From NCBI GenBank assembly GCA_965153455.1, contig OZ234493.1:3410001-3474000 (forward strand): DNA of 64,000 nucleotides, read 5' to 3'. The translations under genes were made by a program, and so were the position numbers. Positions within the stretch are counted from its first letter, which is position 1. Each line of letters starts with the position of its first letter. A model generated the notes under the pieces. It saw only the letters and a program-made list of their open reading frames with translations, was not told the origin of the DNA and made no database searches. Source of the DNA: Sphagnum compactum. Taxonomy: Eukaryota. Below, in pieces: positions 25,481 through 38,830 of the stretch.

Positions 25481-27199
25481 TTCCTATTCTTATCATTTTA
25501 CCTAGATAGGTCCTCACAATCTTCATTTGACATTGCCACTAATGATCTTTTAGCAAAAACAAAAACACAATGTCGTGATGAAGAAGATGTATTAACTTTA
25601 GTCCATCTTGAAGGAATGAAGGTAGAGGATAACTTGGTTTGAACTAAAATTCTTGAAAATTTAAAAGGGGGCCAATGTGGTTATACATAATTCCAATGAA
25701 ATAAGGATCAACCATCAAGTTTTGAAAGCATAGGCCCTTAGATGATAAAAGATTGAAATATTTCTATGATGAAAACTTAAGAGTTTAATTCTAGAATTCT
25801 TAGGAAGTAGGTATAAAAGATGAGACCTTCAAAAAATAAAAATATTTAGGTTCTTAGAGTCCAAAATTCAATTATGATAGGGTGTGTAGTCAGATTTGGG
25901 CAGATTACTAGGGTTAGGGCAATTTTGTTAACTCCCTAAAACTTGTTTAATAATCGGATTGAATGGTGGGTTGTTTTTTGTTCTTTTGATGTTTTACATG
26001 TTAAAGTAGACAACTTGAAAGAGTTAGAAAAATCATGAGCATGTGAGGGAGTAAGAAAATCAACTATTGTTGTCTAGGAGACAAAATGGAAGGAGTTTTG
26101 CAACTATGGAGGAGGTATGAAAATAATAGAAGAAGGAGGAAGCAAATAAGGTGAAACTATGTAGGGGAACAACATAGTTTTTTTGGGGGTGTGTGTGTGT
26201 GTATTATATAGACATCCAAGCATAGAAGGGGGAAATAAAATGTTTAGCAGAGGCAAAAAGTGGGACTTCAAAGAAGTAGATAACTTGAGATTGGCAAAAA
26301 ACTTGGAGAATGGATCATGAGAAAACTTTTGAAAACAAATAAAGATAAAGTGAGGGAGGTTGTGGGAATGTTGTGCAAATTAGGAAATAGTTGTTGAGTT
26401 GTTGCCCATGGTTTGTTGGGGATCAAGAGGTTTTTTTGTTTTAATTAAATCTTGATGAATGCTAGGAAGGGTAGAAGATAAGTGGATAATACGATTTCAG
26501 ATAGAAACCAAGAAAACAAGGTTTGAGTGTAGATAGGTATGGGTATAATGGTTAGTAAATGTGAATTGTTCTAGAATTAAAATTTCAATGCTTGTTCAAA
26601 TCCACATACTACCCCTTGGTAAAGTTGCCAAAGGTATAGAGAACGAACCCAATAGCAAGTTGAACAAATAATTATAATTAGGATTAGAGAGTTAATATTT
26701 TGTTTAACATGCACCGTAGGTTGGTGGGCAAGGTGTTTTGGTGGGTCAAGTTTCTAGCTTAGGTTAGGTAGTTTAGTGAGGGTTCTTAGGTGCCTTGCAT
26801 AGGTTTGTAATTAATTATTAGTGTATTAATTATTGATGATTTAATATATTAGTGAATTTATTATTAATGATTTAACTATTAGTGAATTTGATTAATATTA
26901 ACCAATTCAATTAGTTATTTTTGAATTCACCTGTTCGTAATAACTCATCCCTGTTAATTAAAGGGTTGCCCACTTTCAACATTTTAAATTTATTCAATTT
27001 CATTCAAAATTTAATAAAAAATAAAGTGAACTTGGATGCATATTGGTGTAGTGTATGGCATGGTGCCATGGGGTGCAAGGAGGATTAAGTAATGGCATCA
27101 TTTTAAGGGCTTTAATTTTTAAATGGACATGTCACATGGCCAATAATGATGTCAACTTTTGGTTAATTTCACCCCGAAAAAATGGTTGCCTTAAGACAT

Positions 27200-28160
27200 C
27201 ACACATTCATTTGAATATTCTTTCGAGGAATGTGAAAACTCATCAAACAACAAATGGTTCATTTCAAGCTTCCATTTTGGAGCATTTGCACCATCGTGCC
27301 ATCACTAACATGTTTTTTGACGAAATTTATGAAGCCCATCATGCCCAAATTTTATCATGTTTGGGCCCTAAGGTGGGTGCTTGGTTTATAATATGACTAA
27401 TCTTTTCAACCTTTTAATTATCTTCCCCAATTTTTTCCACATCACTTCGGATGTGGCTTGGATAACACATCCTTCAATTGCAAGCCTCCCCTAGTGTGTA
27501 TGCACACATCCAATTGACCCTATGGGTATTCACCTTTTGTGTTGTGCCTATGGCAATGAATGCATGGGGACCCATGATGCAATTCACAACACTTTTCTTG
27601 CAATTGTGCAAGATGTTGGCTTAGACGTGGGACAAGAATGATTACATGCACTTTTTTTAGCAATTCTCGATTCTTCTTGTTGATGAATCAACAATATGCT
27701 TATGACAGATGGAATTCGCACCTTAGCTGACATTGTCATAGCCAACACAATGTTTGTGGATCTACCTCCTCAATCTTGCACGATTCAAAGATTTGCTATT
27801 TCAATGCAACTCAAGCCAAAGAAACGAGTTATCGTGACGAACACCCCACTAATCAATTTTTCCTTGTAGCAATTGAGGTATTTAGATGTTTACACAAACA
27901 GGCTTACGTGTTTTTACACAATTGAATCAATATTATTTGCAACCTACAAGAGCGAAAAGGCATTTCCCTTTTCTGTTTAAATTTTTTTCTTCATCAAAAA
28001 GATTTATTTACATTGCAAAAGATACAAACATCTTCCATCTTAAATCAAGCAATAACAGTAGTCTAAATACTTCCCAACTTCCACCACTTCAAGCCACACC
28101 ATCACCGCCATGGCTGATCTATTACAAGCAATTGGTTGTTGAGATGGAGATTTTTTGACA
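27200..28160 (+). mobile_element. Decayed CRE-like LINE 3' end (duplicate of 4560-5425, less 3'-truncated)
   Basis: Collinear homology with 4560-5425; same CxC..H..C..HD and endonuclease-like remnants. Confidence 0.65.
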
Positions 28161-29874
28161 TCTAGTTTGTGCTAACTTGACATCCTTTAAATTCTCCGTT
28201 GTTTTTGATAGCTTTGGACATTTTTTGAATCTGCACTGTGTTTTATAAATAAAGTTTTGCAGGGTTTTAATAATAATAATAGTAAGAATGTGAGAGGACC
28301 CCAATAAGGACATCTTTTTATTAGACTGCCGTGATCAGAGCAGCCTCCTGGAAAGAGACCCTGAATCTCATCTTAACCAATGCTTGACTTGTTGTTAATG
28401 CTCAAGAGTTATATTCTCAAAACATATTTAAACAAACTTGCAGATGAATACAATTTCTTTCCTGTTTTGTGCACACATGTTCGTTGGTAAAAGAGCATCA
28501 CAAATTTTCACATTAGAAGCTGAACAAGGTCCAGGAAGGCACTTATTAGAGCTTCATATGATACCTGATTAAATTATCACCAGCTCAAAGCACAGGATTT
28601 GAAGTTTCCGGTGTCCTGGAAAATGACATATAAGCAATCTCACAATTGAGAAAATATTGATTAATTTTTTGGGACCTATATCTGCAGACTTGGGGTCGAC
28701 TCCAGGTTTACAGTCTTTTTTACCAACGCACCGTTTTCAAAATGCAGCTGAATGAAGATTTGGCACTTGAAGAAAAATAAGCCCACACTAAGTCTGATAC
28801 TAATACTACCTTGAGGTAGGCACAAGTTGATGTCTGGGCTCATTTTAAAGAATATTTTTGGTCTGTTTTGGTGGTGCTTTTGATATGCAGTTGGTATCAT
28901 TATATACTGAGCCGGGGTCAGTCAAGAGTCTCAATCAAAGGACTGGATGCATGGTCCCCAAATCTAAGTGTACCTAAGAAATTTTGTAGTGCATTTGAAT
29001 TTTTGAGTGCACCTTATATTCATGAATATCACCCCTCTATAGAAGAGGAAAGATCTTACAATAGCTAATACTCAAGAATGTGAGGGAAATTATACCTACT
29101 TACAAGTTTAAGATCCCTCTTGCTCTTAAATAGTAGGTGTAAGAACCCTCCCCTCTTATGCCTTATGATTTACCTATGTTTAAGTGTTAAGTAAGGCCTG
29201 TGAATGGAGGCGGTACCAGAATAAGGTGCCCACCACTGGCATTACCAAAATAAGGCATCCACCTTAGGCAATGGGTGCCTTATTTTGATAAATCACCATC
29301 CAAGTGCCTTACCATGGGTAAATGATATGTCAACATATGTTCTTCATATCTAATGGCACTCATATTATGCAAAGAAAGAACAGCCAAACCTAAACAAAAT
29401 GTTCGAGCCACCTAGATATGTAAGGTGACCTTCAGTATCAAGCGGGAATATTATGTATTTTAAGCACCCTCCAAATCCTCTGGGAAATCTCTGAGAGGTG
29501 ATTATGTTTATGATAATGTCATCCCTTATTTTGGGGAAAGCCCATCGATAGGGGGAAATCCCACAATGTGGGGCCCGAGTCCAGAGCCCAGACTGGGCAA
29601 CTGCCTAAGTCCTCATCTTAGGCTCCATATTTTAGGAATTCTCCCACTCTAGGGCCTTTTCCTAAAGGTGCGCCAACTGATAGGTATAACTATTAACAGT
29701 AGTCAGATGGATTATAACTTCACTCTTCTCATTAGCGACGAGGATGACCTCATTAGCTGTGAGGGTGGACACCGAAGCCCAGAGACGATCTGTTTCGACA
29801 AATCTGTTCGGAAGGACAATGCTCCACCGAAATTTGTTGACGATTTCGTATGAGTTTCCCGTAAATTTGTTCTG

Positions 29875-30372
29875 GGGACGTCCACAGAAGAAGTTGCGAA
29901 AGTGATTAGCTTCTACTCCACAGTTGTTTAGATTCTCTAATTTCTGTTTATTTCGGTTGTTATTTCGCCACACATAATGGGAAATGGGCATGCTGCTGGC
30001 GCTGCGACCCACCAGATTCTTATGTCTGAGAATGGAAAAATTTCCGAGTGATATCCGAGCAGCTAGTCGATTGCACTGGCACCGCGTGATGAGAAATATC
30101 TTTGCTCAAAGCGGGAAGTTGGCGATGGGGAGCTACGAAAATTTTCAGTTCGTTACATAATATGTCGGAGTTCGGGTTTTCCTAAACCGCCCATGTGGAG
30201 GTAAATGCTTGCAGTGGTACCCTCCCCGCCCCAAAACCAAAAATTCCGACAACGGTAAATGCGTGTTCCTTGGGATGCAAGGATAGCAGCACGCCGAGTA
30301 GTTCTTTGTTGCAGAACGACCCCCTGGAGACTTTTCTTTGGTTTTGAGTGGGAGCTTACAGAGTATATAAAA
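29875..30372 (+). promoter_or_regulatory. Promoter of peptide gene copy 3
   Basis: GGGGACGTC, GGAAAAATTTCC, ACCGCGT, CTTG-ggatg-CAAG 30269-30281 and TATATAAAA 30364-30372, 533 nt before the ATG. Confidence 0.6.
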
Positions 30373-30896
30373 GAATCCGACAGCTCCGCTAATTCTTCAT
30401 TCGACAATCTCTTCTCCAGATCAAAGAGTGCAGCATCGAGTGGGATATTCATCAGTTAAATCACAAAGCTAGATTTTTCCATATTCTTTACGAATCAGCT
30501 CAATTAAGACATCATTCAACTGGCTTGTGGTGAACCGAAGTCCTGCAATTAGAGGCTTTTTCAATTTCAACGATCAATTAGCAGTTTCCTCTTTGAAAGC
30601 TTCGCTTCCAGCTTCTTCCAGCTCCTAGATCCTATCTAAGTACTAGAATTTGTCCCTGCAGAATTCCTATTTTTCCTAATTTTCATTTCCCCCTGGATTC
30701 AATCTTCACCAATACAATACTTCCAGCATATTCCCTCCCCGTTCTAGATCTTGGTCTTCTTCGCTTTTTGGTGTGTGGATTCTATCCAGATCTGCAGCTT
30801 TCATTTGGAGCTACCAGACCACTGAAAGGGTGTCCAAGCCAGATTTCCTCAGGCTTGCAGAATTTGGTTTGTTGGATTACCACAGACAACAGCACA

Positions 30897-31262
30897 ATGA
30901 CCTGGGCGGGGCTATCTAAGGTGGTGGATCCATGCAATAACCGCAAGAGTGTATCTGGAGGACAGGGGCATGAAGTACACCAGAGTTTCTGCGGCATGAT
31001 GGCCCTCAACAATTGTCAGTATGTCTATCAGGCAGACAACGAAGGAGATGGTGGATCGTCAAACTACAAACCTCCAAAGAGAACCCAGTTCGTAAAATCT
31101 TTTGGAGATGGCAAAGGATCGCCATGGAACCCCCCACCTCCCCCTAGGGGCGCTATGTGTACAGGGAACACAAAGAATATTTTGGGGTGGGGAGTTGATG
31201 GTGGGGGCGATGGAGATGGAGGTGGGAGTAAAATTAAACCTGGGAAGTGTGATCTCTGGTGA
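30897..31262 (+). CDS. GDG-motif multi-core peptide precursor-like protein, copy 3 (121 aa, intact)
   Basis: MTWAGLSKVVDPCNNRKSVSGGQGHEVHQSFCGMMALNNCQYVYQADNE-GDGGSSNYKP-PKRTQFVKSF-GDGKGSPWNP-PPPPRGAMCTGNTKNILGWGVDGGGD-GDGGGSKIKP-GKCDLW. First ATG after the TATA box. Frame supported by synonymous differences versus copy 5. Confidence 0.75.
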   Translation: MTWAGLSKVVDPCNNRKSVSGGQGHEVHQSFCGMMALNNCQYVYQADNEGDGGSSNYKPPKRTQFVKSFGDGKGSPWNPPPPPRGAMCTGNTKNILGWGVDGGGDGDGGGSKIKPGKCDLW

Positions 31263-34200
31263 CAATCATCAGTAGCAGCACCTCTGAACACATGAATTGC
31301 AGTACATGCTTAAGCTAGATGGTTTTCTTGTTGCAACCTTTCTGGGTCTTTGTGCTTGAAGAATAGATAGCTTTAGGACATATTAAACACAAATTCTTTG
31401 CGGGTTTTCCAAACCCATCATTCTTTTTAGCCATAGGAAGCAAGCAAGCATGAAATAGTCATCAATTATTTCAATTTGTACATACATAGGTCATTTGATG
31501 TGCTTAATTCTTTCACCCATGGTCAGCTACCCCAACCCCCTGTGCATGCCAGCACACCATTGGGCCAGGTACTGAATAAGGGGGGAAGAAGGAAAAGAGA
31601 AACAGAGTAATTAGGAGCACCTGGAATTCATATTCAGTTCACACATTTTGTGGAACTTAGCTTGTACAGAGGAAGAGTCTGTTGAATAAAGACCAAGTGC
31701 TGTGCATGTACATATGACCAATATTGAGCTCCTTTACATGCCAGGCTTTTCTAGAGATTTGAGGTTGCATACATGAGATCAATGGACCATGAGTCAAATT
31801 TTGGTTTCTGCATTTCCAAGTGGGAAAACCAGCAGTAATGAGTCTTGACAAGAAGAAATAGCCATCCAGGTAGTCCAAGGTATGCATCAACTACTCTCAC
31901 CCATGGCCAATACTGGAATCGTGGTTGGGGCCGAGTTCAAATTGAAGTACTAATAAAAGTCCTCTATCTGTTGGAACAGCTTTGGCAATTTTGTGGTTGG
32001 GGAATACTACAAGTCAGGAATTCTGGACATTGAAATGTCAAGACTACTCAGATGCCCCATGTGGAAACCATTATATACTGTCCTTTGTGTACAAATTTCA
32101 ATCAGAATGACATTTTAACTTGAAGAATGATCCGAGAAGTACACCAAACTAGGGCTACTAAGCCCCAGTTTCACAAAAACTGGGGATGAAATGAGAAGTC
32201 AGGATCTGGAAAGAGTGCACAAGGGAAAAAAAAAGTGTTCTTGGTTCTTAGGGCAGTTGCACCCTCAGTTTTGGATTTGCGTTATCTGTGTCTGGATTGT
32301 GCTGCTGTGCTGCTCGTATTCTTCATTAAATCAAGCCCTGTTAGAATACAATTGTACAAATCCTCTGAACTGATAGAGAGTTTCATGAAACCAACTCGAT
32401 TTCAGTCACTTTACAGCTACACTCAAATTGGGGATGAAGCAGGAATTAGAGGGTCAAATTAGGGCCCAAATGATGGGTGATTTTATAAATATCTGTATTG
32501 GCCTCCAAGTAATGATTGTTAGTAGTGCCAATAAGCCTTTTTCTTATTGGCAAAATTTTGCCAAAAAGCGAAATTAAAATTTAAAAATTTGAAAATGAAG
32601 TGATTTTGGAGGCTTTGAATAGCCAAAAGTGAGGGAAAAACAAAGTTAAAAAATCCAGATTTTTATATTTGCTTTTTAGTGTGTAACCAAAATTATAGGA
32701 GGATTAAAGCTTTGTGTATCAGTTGTTTTAATAGCCAAATTTAGCTAAATCTTTCTAAATATGATAGCCACTTTTTGTACATCTTCCTAACAATGCTTGC
32801 CACTTTGGCTACAAACAAAAATTCCTAAATGAAACATTGGTGTTAAAATCACTTACAATGTGATGGGGCTATTACCAATTTGTCAAGTATTGCCTAGGTT
32901 TAGGATGCATCTTCAATCTGAAACCAAGTAGAACTGGGAAGACAAAATAAGTCCAATACTAGAAAGTAAATAATTTAAGGTTAGGTTTTTCTCTCTCTTT
33001 CAATTTGGGATTACCTTGTTGGAGCTTTTGGCCTTGTGCATTATGAGCAACGACATAAAAAAAAACAGGTTAAGAGTGACATGTGCATTTACAATTGTAA
33101 AGTTTTGTTGTTTAGCCATCTATTTTCACTATGCCAAAAATGGTATTCATGATTTGATCATTTTATTATTAATGCTCAAACATAGCCATGTAGTCATATG
33201 TGACATGTTAAATGCTTTGTAATAATTATTATGACTACGTGACTATAGTCATGTCCTCTGTTGATAATATTTACAACTTGGGATGCAATTAATGACAATT
33301 AATCCTTCCAAGTGGATGAATTGTTGGTGATTTCTCATTCACCTAACCCATCACATATCACATTAGTCACAAATATAACTAAATATTGGTCACAATGATG
33401 ACATGGACTTAAAGTTGTTAAATGTTTATTAAAGTTTATGATGGATATACTAGGAATATGTTACACTAGGATATATATCTAGGAATGTAGCAATAAGTTG
33501 GGGGTCAATGATAGGTAGGTAGGCCTATCTATTTAATTACCTAGGCTATTTACTTATCTACCTATGCTTACTTGCCCACTTACTAGCCGACTTTGTTTTT
33601 AGTTGAACAGTAGTTGAAAACATAGTTGCAAAAGGGGGGGTTTTCTACGAGTGACTCAAAAATTTAACATTGAAATTTTTGTGTTTGCATTTTCAGACTT
33701 TTGTAAAGTTCTAAATTAGTTAAATATGTGTTATGGCATCACAAGAAAGGTTGTAAAACCCTAACATGCGGTGGTATCACAAATAAAACAACACTAAGTG
33801 ACAATAATAAACAATCTACATTATGCCATTAAAAGTGAGTCTTTGCAACTTGAAGTGAAGAAATGTTTAGTAGATGGGCAACAATGGGCGTGTCACAACA
33901 CATTGCTTGCAACCATTAGATAAAGGTTGCAACATTTTGTCATTGTTCATTCAATCCAAACAATGTCATAAGAGAGGTTGCAAAACCCCAAGGTGCGGTG
34001 GTACCACAATAAAACAATGCCAAGTGGCAATAATAAACACTCTGCATTATGCAACTAAAAATAAATCTTTACAACTTCAAGTGAAAAATGTTTAATAGAT
34101 GGGCAACACATGGGTGCACCACAACATAATTGCATGCAGCTATCAATCATTATTCTTCAAGGAAAACTTCACACATGGCGTCATAAGAAAGACTACTAGC

Positions 34201-36238
34201 AAACCATGGCAACATCTATAATACATATACATTTGAATAACCATGTAGATTTTTTACACGTGTCAAACATTTATTTAAGGCATCTCTTGTAACATGTAGT
34301 TGATTAAAACAACTCCATTTAATGGAGGGCAATTTACAATTTACACATCATACCATAGTCATTGATGACATGGAATTTCAATATTAATGCAAAATTAAAA
34401 AATCCTAGTTGATAAGATGATTGGGCTTTGCGATTAAATGGTTGAAACGACATGGGTTTAACAACTCATGAATGACTAGTTGATTAGGACTTGACTAGGA
34501 CTTGTAAAAAGCCTCGTTGCAAAACCCATGATGTGTTGTGTTCACAAGTAGATTTTCTTCATAAGAAGAGTATTTGGTTGAGAAGATTCTACAAAATTTG
34601 AAAGAATTAGAAAAAAAGTAATGGAAACATAAACTAAATGGAAAGGAATGGAAATGAAAGATAATGGATAATCAAACCTTCAAAGTTGGGTCCTTGAACA
34701 TTATTGGTAAAAGGGAGAGAGTTCACCACTACCCACTTTAAGCAAATCTTGAATCCATAGTTCTCTAGGTATGATTTAACCTCCTTCTATATCATTAGGG
34801 TGAAACAACAAAATAACATCATCAAACACCAAGAACTTATTTACAAAATCACAAGTAGAAGTAATGTAATTAGGTGCACTCACCTATTCTATTCAGTAGA
34901 ATTTTTAAAAGGATGGCCAAAACCAATGGAACAATAAGGTTCCCTAGAACATCACCAAGACAAGATCAACCCTATTTTGTGCATTCATCTACACAAGCAA
35001 AAAGAACCATAAGCCATATTGAAGAAGTTCCCAAATGCCATCTTCACAAACTACATCCAAGTAGATGAAAAGGCAATCACTTGGTGAATAAAATTTGTAA
35101 TGGCATCATATATTGTAGGCCACTTCTTGGTGTTAATTTTTTTGGCAATAAGATTTGGCCAAGAGTATGGAAACCATTTGATGTAATCTAAATGAAAGGA
35201 TCATTAGCAAACCAATTGGGCTAAGGTGAGACAAAAGGAACTTCAATGAAGGGAAGGAATCATGCTATGTGTTTAAGGTGGAAATTGGAAAAGTAGGAAC
35301 TCAAATGGGTTAAACATTTTATCTCCCAATAGTGAACACCTCGTCAGGCTATTCATTTGCAAAAGGAAGGATATTGTATACATGGGAACATCCACAAAAG
35401 ATTCATTTCCCTTTGCATTCACTTTGTGTAACTTTTTTCACAAACTCCTTCCCCTTATTCTTTGCATTTGATGGACCTTTCTTCTTTACAACATCTAGCT
35501 ATGTACCATTTCAACTTATGATTTTTTTAAGAATCTAAGTTCACAAGCTTCCCATAGTGCAATCTTGGAATTAGGTGTGCATTTTTGGGGTAGACCAAAT
35601 ACAAACTGTAATCCAGCAAATGGGAAGTTGTCTAATTTTTAATCAAATCCTTCTACGACATAATATTATCCACCTTGGGATCATGCCAAATCACCACTTG
35701 AGGTGGTAAGTTGGTCAATTGCTCTCACATGGGTGAAAATCCTTTAAGGTGTACCACATAAGACGAAAATTACTTAATCCTTATTGTAGTCCTTTTTTAT
35801 TTTATATTTGATCCCCATAAAAAATAATGAGTCAAAAGTTATCAAATATTTCAAGAGGGCTATATTTTAAACCACTGCAATTCTAGAGTTCATCATAATC
35901 ATCCATAAATGTGTCTTTACATGGTAACAAATGACTAGGTTAAAAAGATAAAAAAGGATGATGTTGTGACAAGATTTTTGTACACTTAAAAAAATTTGGA
36001 TGGAAATTAGGACATAGTTAAAATAACTATGAAATTTAGATAAATTGACATTATTGTTCAGTAATTTTCAATTGGCATAGAGGGTTTCATTGCTTCTTGA
36101 TATTTTGCCCACAATGAAAGGCCTTAGGGTGTGGAGTAGTGGATTGAAAGGATACCAAGAAAAAAAAAGGAGTGGTGAGAAAATACATGTATATGATTCA
36201 TTTTAATACCTTCATTCCTCATGTGTGGTGGTCCAAGA

Positions 36239-36868
36239 ATGTAAAAGCACACTAAGGTGTAACACTTTTAAGCATATATGGAAGTCCATAATTGCAGAAA
36301 TTAACATTTCAAAGGTAATGTGAAAGCAAGATACCTTGAATCACAGAAGTCATTTTACAAGTTTTCATTTGAAATTTATTATAAAAAAAATTGCAACCTT
36401 AGTTTACCTTATGGAAAACTTAAATTTGAAAGATGAGGTTTTAAACTATTATTTTCATTTAGTAAAAGACTTAATAAGAAAAAACCATAATTCAAGGTAC
36501 ATAAAAGATTTTGGTCACTAAAACCTTTCCAAAAAGTCCTCCTTGGTATCAATGTTATTGCCTCATATTGCCATTGAGTCTTTTATTCATTAAAAAACAT
36601 TATATGAAGGTGCATGGAGTCCATACTCATTAATTATGGATTGTTACAAGTTTTTGGGTGCTCTATTAAAAGTCCATTATGGTATGACTATTCAAAAACT
36701 ATCCATGAAATTCATACAATGTGATTATATAATATATAACATTGTAATGTTGAGTCCTTTTTCATTTTAGTTGATTATATTTAATCACATGGCCAATTAC
36801 AAATCCCAAAATCTTGCAAAAATTGCCTTGTGAGAACATTTTATGGATAATGTAGTGTGTTTTCACCC
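36239..36868. mobile_element. MITE, same family as 12714-13344
   Basis: ATGTAAAAGCACACTA...TAGTGTGTTTTCACCC flanked by AAGA on both sides (36235-36238 / 36869-36872). Confidence 0.7.
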
Positions 36869-38709
36869 AAGACTTATTCCTTTGAATCCCATCCTTTGGT
36901 TTGGATTTTCGAAATAAACATGTCTTTTAAGTGGACAACCTCCACTCATGGATGCATGAAGAAAGAAAGACCACTTCCGCAACCATAGTCATTGCTATAT
37001 GTGACATTATTGCTTCATACAACTTGAGTGCTTTAACTTAAGTTAGATGAAACACAATGGTATAATCAAAAATGAAAAAAATCGAAAGGAAGGAAATGGT
37101 GAAGGATAATGAACAAGAAATTTGGTTTTTATTGGGTGCTAGATCAAGTTTGCCTTGTGCAACAAATGTCAAACTAGCAATTGAAAAAACAATGTTTTGG
37201 GAATTTAATAGCCTCCCATGAAACCCTTGACCTATTCCATTGCTTGAGCTAGGTTAGCTTTTGCTTTGAGGTGATACATGAATATGCCAACATCTAAAGT
37301 TTTGTGTGAACATTTCGGGTTCCAAGTTCATGTTGTAATGAACTTGGATTTCTTTCAAAAAGTCAAGACTATGTGCAAAATCACATATCGACAAGTGTTT
37401 GTGCAACGCAGAACAATAACCCTTCCACACTTGCATCCATTTTTACAACTTGAGCGGAGAGTGTTCCCGACTATCAAACATTTCATCATAGTACAACTTC
37501 ACAAACACATTGGCTATTATAGAAATCCAATGTTGCAAACAAGGAAAAAATGCAAAATGCAAAACACAACAAAAGTGGAATAAACATTGAATTGAAATAA
37601 TAATTCAAAAAGAACTAAAAATCATTCGTACCTTGTACATATACTAAAAAAACTTCCAATGTCAAGGAGTGCCAAGCTTTCAAGGACTTGGTCTTGCACT
37701 TCTTGCACACATTCATAGGGAAGACATCCTTGAACTGCTTCAAAGGAATTATGCCAATGGACTAAATTTGGAAAACATAAAAAGTTGGGCTTGACTTGGT
37801 TTAGCTCCATGAGTCCATGAAATGTGTCAATCACAATGGAATCCACAAATATATGCCATGATGGGTCCTCAATTGTAGATGCACACCACTTTTAACCCAT
37901 TGGTTTGTTACATCGTTGTTCATCATGCACACCAAAAGCTCCAACAAGGTACATCCCAAATTGAGAGAAATATGAAACCCTAACCTTAAATTGTCTACTT
38001 TCTAGTACTAGACTTATTTTATTGTCACAATTCTACTTGTTTAGGATTGAAGATGCATCCTAAACTTTAGACCAATATGATACTTGATAGATTAGTAATA
38101 TCCCCATCACATTGTAAATGATATTGGCACCAATGTTTTATTTATGAATTTTTGTTTGTAGTCAAAGTGGCCATCATTCACAGGAAGATGTACAAAAAGT
38201 GGCTATCATCTCTAGAAAAATTTAGCCAAATCTGACTACAAACCAAATGTGAAGTACAAATCTTTAATCCTCCTCCTATAATTTGGGTTACACACTGAAA
38301 ACCAAATATAAAAATCTGAGTGTTTTACTTTTTTTTCCCCTTATGATTGAAAACCTCCAAAATCACTTCATTTCAAAATTTTAAATTTAAATTTTGCTTT
38401 TTGGTGAAATTTTGACAATAAGAAAAAGGCTGATTGGCATTAACAATTGTTGCCTGGAGGCCAAATCAAGGTATTCATAAAGTCACCTGTCATTTTGGCC
38501 CTAGTTTGAACCTCTAATCCCTGGTTCATCCCCAATTTGAGTGTAGCTGTAAAGTGAGTGAAATAGGGTATGGTTTCATGAAACTGGGTATCAGTTCAGA
38601 AGATTTGTACAATCTTATTCTGACAGGGCTTGATTTAATGAAGAGTATGAGCAGCATTCCAGGCGTAGGTAAGGTAAATCCAAAACTGAGGGTGAAACTC
38701 CCCTGAACC

Positions 38710-38830
38710 CCAATTTAGGCGAGAAATTTAGATGAGAAAACTAGTTTGGTTCCCTGAGAGCCAATTTAGGTAAGAAATTTAGCTGAGAAAACTAGTTTGG
38801 TCCCCTGAGAACCAATTTAGGTGAGAAAAC
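38710..38830. repeat. 51-bp tandem repeat x 2.4
   Basis: ccaatttagg..agaaatttag.tgagaaaactagtttggt.ccctgaga units start at 38710, 38761 and 38812. Confidence 0.8.

Noticed and set aside
31248-31262. C-terminal CDLW as a CaaX prenylation signal
   Set aside because: Atypical residues, and the Cys is at -5 in copy 5 (CKFVL).
30897-31262. PawS/cyclotide-type AEP-cyclised precursor (D|G junctions) or BURP-linked RiPP
   Set aside because: No ER signal peptide, albumin or BURP domain, and no processing enzyme gene visible in the window.
34640-37900. Possible decayed coding remnants between copies 3 and 4 (also 58100-59300)
   Set aside because: Probably old transposase debris, but I could not assign any motif.
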